Assembly: GCF_009914755.1 (NCBI RefSeq)
Contig: NC_060931.1
Direction: 5' to 3' (one strand)
Length of the DNA stretch: 64,000 nt
Origin: the human T2T-CHM13v2.0 reference genome, Homo sapiens
This document shows positions 61,003-64,000 of the stretch, in pieces. Each line of letters begins with the position of its first letter. Positions within the stretch are counted from its first letter, which is position 1. The position numbers were made by a program, and so were the translations under genes. The notes beneath the pieces are model-generated. The model was not told the DNA's origin. It searched no databases and was given only the letters and a program-made list of their open reading frames with translations.

Positions 61003-61250
61003 TAAATTACTTAATTTACATTAAATTAAAGTAATAGACTCTATTTCTAGTGTAAAACTTCTATAAACTTACCATTTAAAAAATTTGAATGCCCCCTCTT
61101 CTCACAAAAGATTTGCAGTACAAAGAGGGAATCTGCCATCAAGTGGATCTTAAAAATGCATGTAAAATTTTAAATTCCTATTATCAAGTTATTCCCAAAG
61201 TCTGATCTCCAAATTCAGAAAACTCTCAGTTTTGGTTCCAAGTTCACATT

Positions 61251-61630
61251 TGATATGGTTTGAATTTGTGTCCCTGCCCAAGTCTCATGTCAAATTGTAA
61301 TCTAATGTTGAGGTTGGGGCCTGGTGGGAGATGATTGCATCATGGTGACAGATTTCCCCCTTTGGGCCTGTTCTCGTGATAGAGTTGTCATGAGATCTGG
61401 TTGTCTAAAAGTGTTTGGCACCTTCCCCCTCATCCTCTTCCTCCTGTTCTGTCCATGTAAGATATACCTGTTTCCCCTTTGCTTTCCACTATGATAGTCA
61501 GTTTCCTGAGGCCTCCCCAGCCATGCTTCCTGTACAGCCTGTGAAACTATAAGCCAGTTAAATCTCTTTTCTTTATAAATTATCCAGTCTCAGGCATTTC
61601 TTTATAGTGGTCCAAGAACAGACTACTACA
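61251..61630 (+). mobile_element. MSTA-like solo LTR (ERVL-MaLR)
   Basis: TGATATGGTTTG...CCAGCCATGCTTCCTGTACAGCCTG...ACTACA; perfect 5-bp TSD ACATT. Confidence 0.92.
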
Positions 61631-62414
61631 ACATTCAATAAAATCTCCAGCACTGAAGATTAAAAGCATTAATGGAGGACACTTTCAGTACAGGGCCAGT
61701 GCAATCACTAGATAGGCTCCAGGACTCAAAGAGTCACTTTGTTATTTGCTTCTGTAATATTGTATAAAATTTTATAAAGTCATTCAGGAGAGAGGCTTTA
61801 AAATCATAATGTTTCCTAGAACGCATACTAACGCATGAGCACACTTGATCCTTAGTGATAAATATCTAGGAAAAAAAATTGCTTAAACACTTCTGTAATA
61901 AGTCATTTAGGAAGAATTTTGCAACAAAAAAAATTCCGTTTTCCCTGTATCCCCTGTTTTCCAGTATCCCCACTTTTTGCACATCTTCCAGAGGGAGATA
62001 TCATTAGGTAGTGTTGACAATAAGGTCCAGATACTAAGTCTGATGGAGAGATACAGCAGAGAAGTCAATCATTCAAATGTGGTATTTTAGAAAGCAAAAT
62101 AAAAACATAGAAATGTTTTATAAGAATATAAAGTGTAGATCTAATATAAATATATAAAGATACAGACACAGTATTGGTCATAAAAATACCATAGAATAGA
62201 TACTAATGAAATATGCCTTATTCCATACAGAAAAATGTTTTGACACAATAGTTCAAGCTTGAATGGTGTAGCCAATTGGATAATGTGCATAGCCACTGAG
62301 AATAATAGAGTTTGGTTGCTTAGCCATTATGATAATATCTTATGTTTAAGTAGTGATTTTGTGGTTTTTCGGTTCTTTCATTTATTTTCTCAATAACATT
62401 ATAAAATAGTTTTT

Positions 62415-62550
62415 ATTTTCCTTTTGTAAATAGGAAAACAGACTCAGGGAGGTTACGTGTATTCTGTGAGGTTACTCACCAAGTAAATGTCAAGGACGTG
62501 CATGAACCCCAGGTTTGTCTATATACGAAACCTTTGCTGTTTCCTCTAAG
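62415..62550 (-). mobile_element. MIR fragment
   Basis: TTTTGTAAATAGGAAAACAGACTCAGGGAGGTTA...TGAACCCCAGGTTTGTCT. Confidence 0.65.
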
Positions 62551-63024
62551 TGATGCTACCTCAATCTTACAGTAAAATATTAACAGTCACTATTTATGTT
62601 TTGGTGATTAAATTATTGGCAGGGATTTGGATTCCTGGGAGGTGTATTTTCAGCCTTGTTATCTTTCTTTTCTCAGCCACAGTCATGTTTAGTTTTGTTT
62701 GCTCTTGTAATACTCCATATGTGGCAGTGGTGAATTTTAGTCATGGCTTTACTGCATGCCAGAGTGGAAGGTGGACTAGGAAGTTCATTCAAGGTTTCAG
62801 TTCCTGGGTTTAGATAGAGAGGGAAAAATGATCCATGTGACATAGAACTTCAAATCTGTGCTACCATAGCTTATAGTGACTCAGAATCCTAGCCCACTCC
62901 CAACCCTTATTCTATGGCTTGGAGGCATTCTATCAGCATTGCTTTTCAATAGTCACTGGGAAAGAATACAACTGGTTCTGCAAGTGGAAGGCTGAGGGTT
63001 GAAAGATGAAGACCCTTTATGTGA

Positions 63025-63262
63025 GAGGCAGCCTAATGCAGCAGTAGGAACTAACTTTGACTCTGGGTTTTACTTCTGGCTCTGCTGCTTTCTAGCTCTG
63101 TGACCTTGAAGTTACTTAATGCCTTAGTTTCTCCATCTATAAAATGGGGACGATAATAATAATACCTTCTCAGGCCATTGTCATGAATAGCTGAGCTATT
63201 ATCTGTAGAGTGCTTACAATGGTGCCTGACACAGCAAGTGCTTCGTAAGTGTTGGTTATCAT
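63025..63262 (+). mobile_element. MIR SINE
   Basis: GCTCTGTGACCTTGAAGTTACTTAA..AGTTTCTCCATCTATAAAATGGG...GTGCCTGACACAG. Confidence 0.85.
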
Positions 63263-63299
63263 TTGACATGGAAGAATTTTTTCTGCACTTAACAACAAC

Positions 63300-63581
63300 G
63301 TCTGACTCACACTTGTAATACCAGAACTTTGGGGAGCCAAGGTGGGTGGATCACTTGAGGCCAGGAGTTGAAGAACAGCCTGGCAAACATGGTGAAACAC
63401 TGTCTATTCTAAAAATACAAAAATTAGCCGGATGTGTTGATGCTCACCTGTAATCCCAGCTACTTAGGAGGCTGAGGCGGGAGAATCTCAGAGGTTGCAG
63501 TGAGCTGAGATTGCGCCACGGCACTCCAGCCTGGGTGACAGAGCAAGCCTCCATCTCAGAAAAGAAAAATAAAAAATAAAG
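63300..63581 (+). mobile_element. Alu (Jb/Sz-like) with a small internal deletion
   Basis: GGATCACTTGAGGCCAGGAGTT, GAGAATC-[deletion]-GAGGTTGCAGTGAG, A-rich tail. Confidence 0.92.
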
Positions 63582-64000
63582 AAACCACAATGTCATAGCA
63601 TATCTTTATGATGCCTGAAGACACAATGCTCAAAGGTATAATGAGAGCACACTTATGTTAAATATACTAGATTATTGCCCAGTGGAATAGGATTGTCATG
63701 TGTAAATCAGAGCTAAGTGTATGCATACAATCAGTGAGTATACCTAAGGCATATAATTTGCAGGGGCTGAAATAGTGCAGAGGAAGAGTTAGATGAATAG
63801 TATACATAATAAGTAGGTTATTAAAAGAAAACCTTTCCAGTTCAATACATCAATCAGCAGGTATTCATTTGTTTTAAGATTTAAATGAAATAATCTATGT
63901 GAAGGGGCTGGATCTGTATATAATATAGTTTAGCTCTTTTAAGTGAATTGCTTAATCTCGCATTTGGAGAGTAGGCTCACATAGTTTGTCTTAAAAGTTT

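Overview
This is AT-rich primate nuclear DNA, probably catarrhine, and intronic or intergenic in character. I find no protein-coding exon, RNA gene, CpG island or CRISPR-like array that I can support. Roughly half the window is recognisable interspersed repeat: about 19 Alu elements or fragments (J, S and Y), two ~2-3 kb 5'-truncated L1PA copies, several short L1 3' ends with clean target-site duplications (TSDs), old L1M/HAL1 relics, solo LTRs (MER41A, MER4, THE1D, MSTA, MLT1C, LTR16, LTR33), DNA transposon relics (Tigger3, Tigger4a, MER102, MER5A, half a MADE1), MIR/L2 fragments and microsatellites. The ORFs in the supplied track are Alu-, L1- or low-complexity-derived, or chance. All family names come from recalled consensus sequences, not from a search. 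The most notable structures that repeats do not explain are: (1) a nested double inverted repeat at 41060-41277 with a perfect 28-bp inner stem; (2) an old ~220-bp dispersed duplication (56813-57030 / 61127-61736) whose second copy was later split by an MSTA LTR; (3) repeat-free blocks dense in developmental transcription-factor motifs (candidate enhancers); (4) AluY diagnostic variants hinting at an Old World monkey source. I see no convincing evidence of a novel multi-component biological system.
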